A DNA stretch of 53,652 nucleotides, taken from assembly GCA_052388195.1 (NCBI GenBank), contig JBQTIK010000037.1, positions 1 to 53,652 on the forward strand, written 5' to 3'. This DNA is from Nitrososphaerota archaeon (lineage in GTDB: Archaea > Thermoproteota > Nitrososphaeria > Nitrososphaerales > Nitrosopumilaceae). The number at the start of each line of letters is the position of its first letter. Position 1 is the stretch's first letter. The translations under genes were made by a program, and so were the position numbers. The notes under the pieces are model-generated. The model was not told where the DNA came from, ran no database searches, and saw only the letters and a program-made list of their open reading frames with translations. Of the stretch, positions 27,143-35,506 are shown one piece after another.

Positions 27143-27604
27143 TTATTCTACCTCCACTGTTTTACCTTTTGGTTTTTCCTCTTCCTTTAGCTTGAACCTT
27201 ACTTCTAAGATTCCATTAGCATGGGTTGCTTTTACAGAGTCTTCTTCAACCTTGTGTTTTATTGGTACTTTGGTGTGGTATTTTTTGTCTCCATGCTCTG
27301 CATCAAGATTTATTGTGCGTCCTTCGACTACAATTTTGATATCCTTTTTCTCGACACCGGGCATTTCTGCAACAATTTTTAGAACCTTTTCTTTATCATC
27401 GACTAGCACATCGACTAAAGGTTCTCTGGCATCAGCTGTTGGAAGGAGACCCGGTCTTACATTTCCATATTCTTTTACTACCGGCTTTCCATCAGGTCCT
27501 ATCGTAACAGTATAGCCGTAATAGTAGGGACCAAAGGTCTGGGTGCTAGTTGAATCTTTGAACTCTTCAAAAATGTCCTCTATACCCATAAATGGTCTAG
27601 ACAT
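27143..27604 (-). CDS. hsp20: Small heat-shock protein (Hsp20/alpha-crystallin)
   Basis: [33 protein letters not shown]...NGILEVRF shows the alpha-crystallin domain hallmarks. Confidence 0.9.
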   Translation of the reverse strand: MSRPFMGIEDIFEEFKDSTSTQTFGPYYYGYTVTIGPDGKPVVKEYGNVRPGLLPTADAREPLVDVLVDDKEKVLKIVAEMPGVEKKDIKIVVEGRTINLDAEHGDKKYHTKVPIKHKVEEDSVKATHANGILEVRFKLKEEEKPKGKTVEVE

Positions 27605-27638
27605 TCTTCGCCAAAGGTTGTCGAATTCATCTATGTAT

Positions 27639-27676
27639 ATGTCATAATCACCTATAGTTTGTAATATTTATGACAT
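27639..27676. promoter_or_regulatory. Inverted repeat ATGTCATAA-N20-TTATGACAT in the hsp20 / HTH-ACT divergent promoter region
   Basis: 9-bp perfect arms read directly at 27639-27647 and 27668-27676. They lie 35-72 nt upstream of the hsp20 start. Confidence 0.35.
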
Positions 27677-27750
27677 TATTTAAGTATTATGGTGATGTAT
27701 AAGGATAATTACATAATACTATTAAATCTGACAATACTTAATATTTCTAA

Positions 27751-28413
27751 ATGCGGGCGACTAACATCACTGTACCTGACGCTGTTCGTGATATTATAAC
27801 CAAAAATCGCTCTATTTATGATTGTATAAAGATGGATTTGATAAACTACACGGCACTAGCAGTCAAGATCCAAAGAGATGTGGCCACGCAGATTGGTGGT
27901 CCAGTAAACCTAAACACAATAGTTGTTGCAATCAAGAGGTTTGCAGATTCATTTGAGAAAAAAGATGAGGTTCAACAAGAGCCTGTTTTAAAGAATGCGA
28001 GACTTTCATTAATAGACGGAATTGCAGATATTAAATTTCCAACTGGTGATTTTGGAATAAATGATACCTTAGATCTTATGAATAGAATTACCCAGATCGA
28101 TCCTGACTATGAATTCTTCAGGCTTACAGATACCTTTAGCGTATTAACTGAAGATATCGATGATATAAGAAAATTATTAGCGTCTTTCCCAAATCAGAAT
28201 AACATATTCCAGACCGGCTTGGCAAAGATTAGCATGCAAATACCTGAAACACAAAGCGGATCAGATGTGGTTTCCTATGTATCAGAAGTTCTTCATAGCA
28301 ATGGGATAGAACTTGTTAACGCCTTTTTTGGTCAGGATAATATTGTCATAATATTACATCAAAAGGATGCGGCTAGAGCCTATGAAATTTTGCGGTCAGA
28401 GACTACAAGATAG
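27751..28413 (+). CDS. Hypothetical protein, N-terminal HTH-like region plus C-terminal ACT-like domain
   Basis: The C-terminus AKISMQIPETQSGSDVVSYVSEVLHSNGIELVNAFFGQDNIVIILHQKDAARAYEIL resembles an ACT fold pattern. The gene is divergent from hsp20. Confidence 0.5.
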   Translation: MRATNITVPDAVRDIITKNRSIYDCIKMDLINYTALAVKIQRDVATQIGGPVNLNTIVVAIKRFADSFEKKDEVQQEPVLKNARLSLIDGIADIKFPTGDFGINDTLDLMNRITQIDPDYEFFRLTDTFSVLTEDIDDIRKLLASFPNQNNIFQTGLAKISMQIPETQSGSDVVSYVSEVLHSNGIELVNAFFGQDNIVIILHQKDAARAYEILRSETTR

Positions 28414-28472
28414 CCAAAGCAAGTATTACTTATTTTAAATTTTAAGATTCAAGAAATGTAGTAAATTTATAT

Positions 28473-28790
28473 CTATACGCCCAATGCTTCTGGTTTGGAG
28501 ATTTCTAAAAAGACCTTGTCACCCACGGAAAGGCCAAGCTGTTTGTATTCATGCATATCTAGCTTGATTGATGTTATACCACCTGGCTGGCCAAAAACTC
28601 CCCCCGACATCATCTTGTTTAGACCTTTTACCATATCATCCATATTCGTAAAACCCATCACATTTGAGCCAAAAGGTGACGTGGGCTGGTTTTGTTCCCT
28701 AAAATCCTTCGGGTTAGACAGTGAAACTACTACGTATGGAGCCCCATCAGGCGCCGCATCTATACGTACTACCACGTATTCTTTCTTCAT
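28473..28790 (-). CDS. Hypothetical small protein
   Basis: 105-aa ORF with protein-like composition. No confident motif. Confidence 0.45.
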   Translation of the reverse strand: MKKEYVVVRIDAAPDGAPYVVVSLSNPKDFREQNQPTSPFGSNVMGFTNMDDMVKGLNKMMSGGVFGQPGGITSIKLDMHEYKQLGLSVGDKVFLEISKPEALGV

Positions 28791-28949
28791 ATACGGTAAT
28801 CTAGCTTTTTATGATATTTTACTGTTAGCCTCTGGGAAAATTGTCATTTTTTTGATTTTAGCGAGCTATTAATTCCCAGATCTTTAAGCCAGCTTGTCCT
28901 ATTTCTTTATCCCATAGGATATAACCGGCAAATTCGGGTTTTAGGGTAA

Positions 28950-30305
28950 ATGGTAGAAAATAAGAAGAGAATTTTGATCCTAGGTGGTGGCTTTGCAGGA
29001 ATAGAGTGTGCACGAAGACTCGAGTCCTATTTTATACATGATGTTAACATTCAGATAACTTTGGTAAGTGAAGACAACTTTTTCCTTTTTACTCCAATGC
29101 TTCCACAGGTGGCTTCTGGAATGATTGAAACAAGACATATCATTACGCCAATTAGAACTCTTTTCATAAAAACTGAATTTTATGAAAGTAGGATAAAAAA
29201 CATTGATCCATACGGCAAGATTGTAACTCTTGAAGGAACCAGTGAAAGACGTGGTATTTCTCTTGAATATGATTTTCTTGTTCTAGCATTAGGAAGTCAG
29301 ACTAACTTTTTTGGAATTGACAAAATGGAAGAAAGAGCATATTCCATGAAGACTCTAAACGATGCTGTAGTTTTACGAAATAGAGTAATAGACATGTTAG
29401 AACAAGCAGAAAATGAAGATGACCCAATTCTAAAAAAAAGCCTGCTTACTTTTGTAATTGTTGGAGCTGGATTTGCAGGAGTAGAAACTGCTGGAGAGTT
29501 AATGGATTTTGTACTCGACGCAAGAAAACATTACCCACATATAAAAAGAGAAGACATCAGGGTAATCATTTTGGAAGCTGTCTCTTTTATTCTACCAGGT
29601 TTTAATGAAGGTCTTGCAAAATTTGCATTAAAAAAATTAACACAACGTGGAATTGAGGTGAAACTAAATACAAAACTTTCTAGCTTTTCGGGCACTGAGG
29701 TAATAATTGAAGATGTGGCTGCGTCTACCAAAAATCCAGTCAATCAATCCAATATTGGAGCAATACAGACAAGAACCCTGATCTGGACTGCTGGTGTAAC
29801 TCCCGTAGATACTATAAAAAAATCTGTCTTTAAGACAAAAGGAGGAGTTATTGTAAATGAGTACTTAGAGGTTCCTGACTTTCCTGGAGTTTTTACTATT
29901 GGAGATTGTTGTACTTTGATTGATCCAAAAACTCAAAGACCGTATCCTGCCACTGCACAAAATGCCCAAGAAGAAGCAAAAGTTGCAGCACATAACCTAC
30001 GAGCTTTGATAAAAAAAGAACAAAAAAAGAAATTTGAATATTCATCAAAAGGACAGATGGCAGTAATAGGAAAGAGAACTGCCATAGCCACAATTTTTGG
30101 TATACACCTACATGGCATTGTGGCTTGGTGGCTTTGGAGAGCAATCTACTTTTCTAAGATACCACGTTTTGACAAACGGGTCAGGATTTTACTTGATTGG
30201 ACTATAGATCTGTTTTTTGATCGTGATATTGCTAGACTCAAAGTCCTTCGACGTGAAGCACCTAAGGACTATAGAGAGCTTGACGAAGTTGATGATGTCT
30301 GGTAA
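28950..30305 (+). CDS. ndh: Type II NADH dehydrogenase (NDH-2) / FAD-dependent pyridine nucleotide-disulfide oxidoreductase
   Basis: ILILGGGFAGIE and VIVGAGFAGVE dinucleotide folds, plus TIGDC and a C-terminal amphipathic/membrane segment. Confidence 0.85.
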   Translation: MVENKKRILILGGGFAGIECARRLESYFIHDVNIQITLVSEDNFFLFTPMLPQVASGMIETRHIITPIRTLFIKTEFYESRIKNIDPYGKIVTLEGTSERRGISLEYDFLVLALGSQTNFFGIDKMEERAYSMKTLNDAVVLRNRVIDMLEQAENEDDPILKKSLLTFVIVGAGFAGVETAGELMDFVLDARKHYPHIKREDIRVIILEAVSFILPGFNEGLAKFALKKLTQRGIEVKLNTKLSSFSGTEVIIEDVAASTKNPVNQSNIGAIQTRTLIWTAGVTPVDTIKKSVFKTKGGVIVNEYLEVPDFPGVFTIGDCCTLIDPKTQRPYPATAQNAQEEAKVAAHNLRALIKKEQKKKFEYSSKGQMAVIGKRTAIATIFGIHLHGIVAWWLWRAIYFSKIPRFDKRVRILLDWTIDLFFDRDIARLKVLRREAPKDYRELDEVDDVW

Positions 30306-30357
30306 AAAGGCAAAGCCCCCCCTTTATCGAGTCATTTTGATAAAAACAAAATATGAT

Positions 30358-31887
30358 TTATTTTTTTAATCTATAGATTACAAAGACTGGTACTACAAAA
30401 TACATTCCTACATTAAGTAGTATGATACCAATGCCATAACCCACCATATGCGCCTCGGAATCAATATTCACATAATTCAGAATTGAAAGAGAACTAATTA
30501 GAGGGGTTATCGTAACTTTTACTATTTCTTTAAAGATGGGGTTTTCACGCTCCCACTGAGCTACTGTAGAACTAAAACTATAGTAGAACTGGTTAAAGAC
30601 AGTCATAAACGCCGTACCTGAATATGTCTTCATCAGAATGTTATCCCTTGTTTCTCTCAATAATTGTACTTGTGGTGCTAGGTCTGATCCAAATGCAGCG
30701 GTAGCTATAAGACATCCTCCACCAGGAGCTGAAGTTTGAGTCATGTCTTCTTTTGGTTTTGATGTAGTCTCAAAAGAGTCTACAACTGCATCAAAAGTTG
30801 ATAGATTTGCGTCAAAGTTCTTTTCTTGGTTGGCATATGTAATAGTATAGAACTTGTCGCCACTTTTTATGATAATTTCTTTATACTTTAGGTGGAAAAG
30901 TCTGTCGTTTATTACAAAACTGCCTTTTGCGTCTGTAACATGTGCGTTATAGCCTTTGATGTCGTTGGTTTTCTCTGAAAGAATCTCTAGTTTTCCATCG
31001 TCAATTAATTTTTGTATGTTTTTTCTGGTATCTTTAATGTGGTTTTCAAGTGAGGTATTGTGTTTGTCTTCAATAAGAAAAGAGATCACTGGGGTAAATC
31101 CATCAGTTGTAGGACCTACTAAAACGATGTCTGGTATCTCAGGTCGTGTCTTTTGTGGTTCTTGTGCCACCCATCCTTCTGGGGCATGAAAAGAAAATTC
31201 AAACGCCGTGCTATTGTAATTACCCTTTTCATCAAGTATGGAATGTGTGATGATGCGTTCTGGATCTCCAAGATTTAGTGGATTTGGAAGTTCGGAATAA
31301 TTTATGATCTTTATGCTACGGATTTCTGCATCCTCATAGTTAAGTGGAGAATCAGCTGCTGCACCACTTGCTGGATCACGATTTGTTTCAAGCGAGGCAA
31401 TCTTGTCAAGCACATCATAGCTTTCTTGAGTAATCAGTCTACCAAAGACTGTGTATGCACCATCAAGAAAAGTCGAGTCTTGGTGCACTATGAAAAACTG
31501 TGAGCTTGCGCTGTTTGGATCAGCTGCTCTTGCCATCGATATGATTCCTCTCTTGTGTTTGATGTTGTTAAATTCTGCATCAATATTGTAACCAGCATTA
31601 CCGGTTCCCCATTGTTGTGTCATGTTATTGTCTTTTGACAGGGGGTCTCCACCCTGAATCATAAAGCCTGATATTATCCTGTGGAATTTTACACCGTCAT
31701 AAAATCCACTTTCTGCAAGTTTGATAAAGTTCTCAACCGTCTTTGGAGCGTCTTGGGGGAAAAACTCTACTGTCATATTTCCAAATTTTGTCTCAATTAC
31801 AGCTACTTTAGAGTCTGCAAAGTTTTGTGGAATTGAACTTGCTAAAAGTATTACAATTAAGCTGATTGTAAATATCTTAAAGTGCAA
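30358..31887 (-). CDS. Secreted multi-domain cyclophilin PPIase with C-terminal Cys-motif membrane module
   Basis: Signal peptide, then a cyclophilin domain (FHRIISGFMIQGGDP, SMARA, SQFFIV, TVFGR) at about aa 27-195. An unknown domain spans about 205-375. GGGCLIATAAFGSDLAPQVQLLRETRDN lies at about aa 389-416, followed by hydrophobic helices and a basic tail. TTG start. Confidence 0.85.
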   Translation of the reverse strand: MHFKIFTISLIVILLASSIPQNFADSKVAVIETKFGNMTVEFFPQDAPKTVENFIKLAESGFYDGVKFHRIISGFMIQGGDPLSKDNNMTQQWGTGNAGYNIDAEFNNIKHKRGIISMARAADPNSASSQFFIVHQDSTFLDGAYTVFGRLITQESYDVLDKIASLETNRDPASGAAADSPLNYEDAEIRSIKIINYSELPNPLNLGDPERIITHSILDEKGNYNSTAFEFSFHAPEGWVAQEPQKTRPEIPDIVLVGPTTDGFTPVISFLIEDKHNTSLENHIKDTRKNIQKLIDDGKLEILSEKTNDIKGYNAHVTDAKGSFVINDRLFHLKYKEIIIKSGDKFYTITYANQEKNFDANLSTFDAVVDSFETTSKPKEDMTQTSAPGGGCLIATAAFGSDLAPQVQLLRETRDNILMKTYSGTAFMTVFNQFYYSFSSTVAQWERENPIFKEIVKVTITPLISSLSILNYVNIDSEAHMVGYGIGIILLNVGMYFVVPVFVIYRLKK

Positions 31888-31933
31888 TATTTAGGATGAT
31901 TTGAGCTCTTCAATAAAAGCCAATTGCTAGACA

Positions 31934-32455
31934 TTGGTTTTTAATGAGCAAAATTTAACAGGTTTTATGGATTTAGATGAACATATCCAGACTCATCTCC
32001 TTTCCGTGTGGAGAGAAGAGAAGAAATTTCTAAAACGTGGAGCCGAAGGAATGCTCTTTTTGACTGAGAAACATTTGATGTTTGTAACAAAGACCCAAGC
32101 AAAATACAAGTGGTGGGATCCTGCAGTGTTAAGACAAATCCGCACATTGAACAAATCGAAGGATACCATGATACAACATGATGGTTATGGTGATGAAGAA
32201 CTAAGACTAGATCTAGAAAACAAGTCAAATGCGGAAATTTCTTATGATCAAGTCTCAAAAGTGGATATTGAAGAAAAACCTTGGGGCAGTGTTTTGAAGC
32301 TTGAAATTAATTTTGGCAATAAGACAAAAAAGTATCAGTTTTCAATTGTTGAGGGTTGGGTCAAGTATCCAGTGAAGGATCCTGTCAAGTTTATGAGAGT
32401 AGATTGGACCCCGGTTGTAGATTATATTAAAAGCAGACAAAAAATCATGGAGTAA
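31934..32455 (+). CDS. Hypothetical protein (possible PH/GRAM-like fold)
   Basis: ORF with charged composition. The track uses a TTG start; an in-frame ATG at 31967 (MDLDEH) is the likelier start. Confidence 0.5.
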   Translation: MVFNEQNLTGFMDLDEHIQTHLLSVWREEKKFLKRGAEGMLFLTEKHLMFVTKTQAKYKWWDPAVLRQIRTLNKSKDTMIQHDGYGDEELRLDLENKSNAEISYDQVSKVDIEEKPWGSVLKLEINFGNKTKKYQFSIVEGWVKYPVKDPVKFMRVDWTPVVDYIKSRQKIME

Positions 32456-32458
32456 GAT

Positions 32459-33166
32459 ATGAGGGAAGTTTATGCAGTTGGAGTAGGCCCCGGTTCTCCT
32501 AGATATATCACGGATGTTGTAAAGGAAGTCATACTTTATTCTGATATAATTATAGGATACAAATACACCCTAAAGACAATAGAGAGACTTTTGGTAAACA
32601 AGGAGGTATATGAAATAACTATGCAAAATCAAGAAGAGATCTACCAAAAGGTTGCAAAAACTTTGGGAGACAAGACTTGTACTATTCCGTTTACGGGGGA
32701 TGTAAATTTTTCAGAATCCGAGGTTGTTGATAGACTAATTGAGATATTTGGAAAAGTGCAAATCATTCCTGGTATTAGCTCTGTTCAAGTGGCAGCTGCT
32801 AAGGCTCGTGTTCCTTTAGACAAGAGCAAAGTGATTACCATGCATGTAACTACAAGCATTGAAGAAAAAAAGCTCGAGCTACAAAAGGCGCTTTTGGATG
32901 GATATAATGTAATACTTGTTCCAAGACCTTGGCCAAAAGACCCATCAAAGCATTTTATGCAAGCAGATATAGCTTTCTATCTAAAAGATCATGGATTTGA
33001 TACTTCAAAGATGAAGATACATGTCTTTGAGTTTTTGACAACTGATAAGGAGACTTGTTTTGTTGGAACTGTAAAAGATTTGGAGGGTAAGCAGTTTTCT
33101 GATCTTTCGGTAATGGTTTTTGATCAGACAAAACCTCAATCATATATCAATTTCAAAACAAATTAA
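32459..33166 (+). CDS. Tetrapyrrole (corrin) methylase, CbiE-like (cobalt-precorrin-7 C5-methyltransferase family)
   Basis: YAVGVGPGSPRYIT...IIIGYKYTL...IPGISSVQVAAA is the tetrapyrrole methylase pattern. Subfamily assignment is tentative. Confidence 0.6.
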   Translation: MREVYAVGVGPGSPRYITDVVKEVILYSDIIIGYKYTLKTIERLLVNKEVYEITMQNQEEIYQKVAKTLGDKTCTIPFTGDVNFSESEVVDRLIEIFGKVQIIPGISSVQVAAAKARVPLDKSKVITMHVTTSIEEKKLELQKALLDGYNVILVPRPWPKDPSKHFMQADIAFYLKDHGFDTSKMKIHVFEFLTTDKETCFVGTVKDLEGKQFSDLSVMVFDQTKPQSYINFKTN

Positions 33167-33186
33167 GTAAAAATTTTAAAATGCTT

Positions 33187-34092
33187 TTACTTGTATTTTT
33201 GGGCTTTTTCTAAGGCGGTTTCTGTGGTTTTGAGTGATTTTGATCCTGTCTCAGGAAGTGAGACGATGACACCGTCCATCCAGTAATATGTTGTGTCAAA
33301 GAATCTTGTGATTCCTAATTCATTTATTTTAACAGTAAATGTTTGACCTGGAGCAATGTCACCACTATCTATCTTCCCATCAGGCTTGAATGGTTTGCCA
33401 GGGGAAAAGCTTGCAACACCACTCATGATTCTGTGAGATACTGTATCATCATTTTTCCAGACAATTGTGGTACCAGGAGTAATCTGGATGGTAGATAAAG
33501 AATAGTATTGTATGTTGCCAAGATCAGATGAGCCAAGTAAGATGCTTATCTGAACAGTTTTTTCTTTTGGTGTCTGTTGTTGTGTAGGAGTTTCCCCAAA
33601 GATAAAACTGCTTCCTATGACCTTTGCATTGTAAATTAATTTTGTTGATTCACCATTCTGAGTTAGTTTCCCTGTGATAGTATAAACAGAAGCGTCTTTG
33701 CTATTTTGAACTAGTCTTGCAAGTAGTGATAAGGAGATTCTGTCACCATTTATGTTCTCAGCATTTCCTGATAAGCTGATAAATCTACCGTTACTAAGTA
33801 CCGTTCCAGTCCATCCACCAGAAGCAACATAGTCATCATTTTCTAATGATATCAAGCCATCTTGCAGCGTTACCTTCATTCTAGTATTAACAAGATTCCC
33901 AGTTGAAAACTGTAAGTCAAGCCTAGAATCATCAATGGATTCCTCTGTGGCAGCAAAGCCACTTCCCTGTAATAGGTATTTACCGCTAGCTAGAAGTTCA
34001 GAGTCTGCTTGATGTAGTGAGCTTGCAAGTAAAACTCCTGAAATTGTAATTAGCAGTATAATTCCAAGTTTCATTAGTAAATTAAAACTCAA
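33187..34092 (-). CDS. Secreted protein with C-terminal cupredoxin-like domain lacking the Cys ligand
   Basis: Signal/TM sequence at the N-terminus (a likelier ATG is at 34074). The C-terminus ITPGTTIVWKNDDTVSHRI...SGDIAPGQTFTVKINELGITRFFDTTYYWMDGVI is plastocyanin-like in pattern, but the C..H..M motif reads D..Y..M. Confidence 0.6.
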   Translation of the reverse strand: MSFNLLMKLGIILLITISGVLLASSLHQADSELLASGKYLLQGSGFAATEESIDDSRLDLQFSTGNLVNTRMKVTLQDGLISLENDDYVASGGWTGTVLSNGRFISLSGNAENINGDRISLSLLARLVQNSKDASVYTITGKLTQNGESTKLIYNAKVIGSSFIFGETPTQQQTPKEKTVQISILLGSSDLGNIQYYSLSTIQITPGTTIVWKNDDTVSHRIMSGVASFSPGKPFKPDGKIDSGDIAPGQTFTVKINELGITRFFDTTYYWMDGVIVSLPETGSKSLKTTETALEKAQKYK

Positions 34093-34130
34093 AGTTCTAT
34101 TTAATTAATGGCCTAAATTATTTAGACAGG

Positions 34131-34865
34131 TTAGGCAATTCCAGGCTGTTTGTCCCGTCTCATAAGACCATCCATGTAGTTCATTTGTTGTTCCATGAAC
34201 TTTTTCCTTTTCTCTTCTTCTTCCAAATCCTTCATATCAAGAGGTGTGATCTTGAGAAGTTCAAAGAGTGTAGAAAGAATCATCTGAGCTGCTTTTGGTT
34301 GAATGACATTTGGATTGTCTATTTCGCCTAAAATGCAAATGCTGTCAATGTTTTTTTCCTTTGCTATACCAAGAATCAGACCGTTAAAGCCGGTTATTTG
34401 ACCCTTGCCGTCAAGTAATGTTATATTTTGTTTTTTTAAGAGATCAAGTAGTTTAGTTGATGTTGTTGCCCCAAAGATTTTAGGCTCTGTTGGACTTGGT
34501 TGCCTTAGAGCTGCACCAATGGAGAAAAGTGTGCCAACTTTTAGCTTTTTTGCTATATCAACCACTTCATAACATATCTCATACAGTCTTCTTGGATCTG
34601 ATGGGTTAAATTCACCAGAAAAAATTACCAAATTTTCTTTTTCTGAATAATGAAATTTGTAGCTTGATTGGTTGTACTTTACCAAACCACCTTCATATGA
34701 GACAGCAGGTGGCCAGAATGCATAAAGCTCGGCAAATAGTTTTGTTTTTAGTTTTTTAACAAGAAAATCTATTCCAATGCCAGCTACATTTCCCATGTCG
34801 GGCAGTGCTGCAATCATGTTTGGGTTTTTTAGTTTGGGCAGTTTGTGTATTTTAAGACCAAGCAT
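34131..34865 (-). CDS. PAC2-family (proteasome assembly chaperone-like) protein
   Basis: MIAALPDMGNVAGIGIDFLVKKL and the overall 240-aa layout resemble archaeal PAC2/DUF75 proteins. Confidence 0.65.
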   Translation of the reverse strand: MLGLKIHKLPKLKNPNMIAALPDMGNVAGIGIDFLVKKLKTKLFAELYAFWPPAVSYEGGLVKYNQSSYKFHYSEKENLVIFSGEFNPSDPRRLYEICYEVVDIAKKLKVGTLFSIGAALRQPSPTEPKIFGATTSTKLLDLLKKQNITLLDGKGQITGFNGLILGIAKEKNIDSICILGEIDNPNVIQPKAAQMILSTLFELLKITPLDMKDLEEEEKRKKFMEQQMNYMDGLMRRDKQPGIA

Positions 34866-34901
34866 TACTGCTTGATATTTTATGTCAAGATAAAAATGAA
34901 T

Positions 34902-35438
34902 CTAAGATTGTGGTAGATTAAGATCTGAGTCAAATTGTTGTATCATTGCAAACTCTAGAAACCCACCTGCAATTAAAAGTGCTATAGCTATTCCTATTTC
35001 AATGGCTATCGGACGTATTTCTTGTTTGATTGGATGTTTTTTAATTATGATTTGTATTAAAAGGAAACTTCGTGACATTCCTATGGAATAGGAAACAAGC
35101 TCCATCAATCCAAAAGGTGAAACCAAGAGTAAGCTGAGTGGTGGTATTTCAGAAAGCATTGGGGTTGTTTTTACAAGAGCGTTAAAAGCGACGCCTGTAG
35201 TCCATGCGGCATAGGCACCCCAAGCTGCACCAAAACCAGGTACAAACATTGGTAATGCAATGACAGTGTTGTGTAGAAATATTCCTATTGCGTCAATTCC
35301 TTCTATTGCCTTGTTAAATTCTTCAAGAAACGCCATGGCTTCCTCATCAGATACTGGTGTTTCTGCGCCAATCGAATAAGCGATAAGAAAAACACCTACA
35401 AAGATTAGAAAAATTAAAACTCTTTTTTTTCCGATCAT
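34902..35438 (-). CDS. SpoIIM-like (DUF95) integral membrane protein
   Basis: FLHNTVIALPMFVPGFGAAWGAYAAW and 4-5 TM helices. Confidence 0.55.
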   Translation of the reverse strand: MIGKKRVLIFLIFVGVFLIAYSIGAETPVSDEEAMAFLEEFNKAIEGIDAIGIFLHNTVIALPMFVPGFGAAWGAYAAWTTGVAFNALVKTTPMLSEIPPLSLLLVSPFGLMELVSYSIGMSRSFLLIQIIIKKHPIKQEIRPIAIEIGIAIALLIAGGFLEFAMIQQFDSDLNLPQS

Positions 35439-35506
35439 GTTCTTGTTTTAAAAAAACTCTATTTGAGGGTGTTGGTTTGAGCAGATTTAATTAAAAGTGT
35501 TATTAT

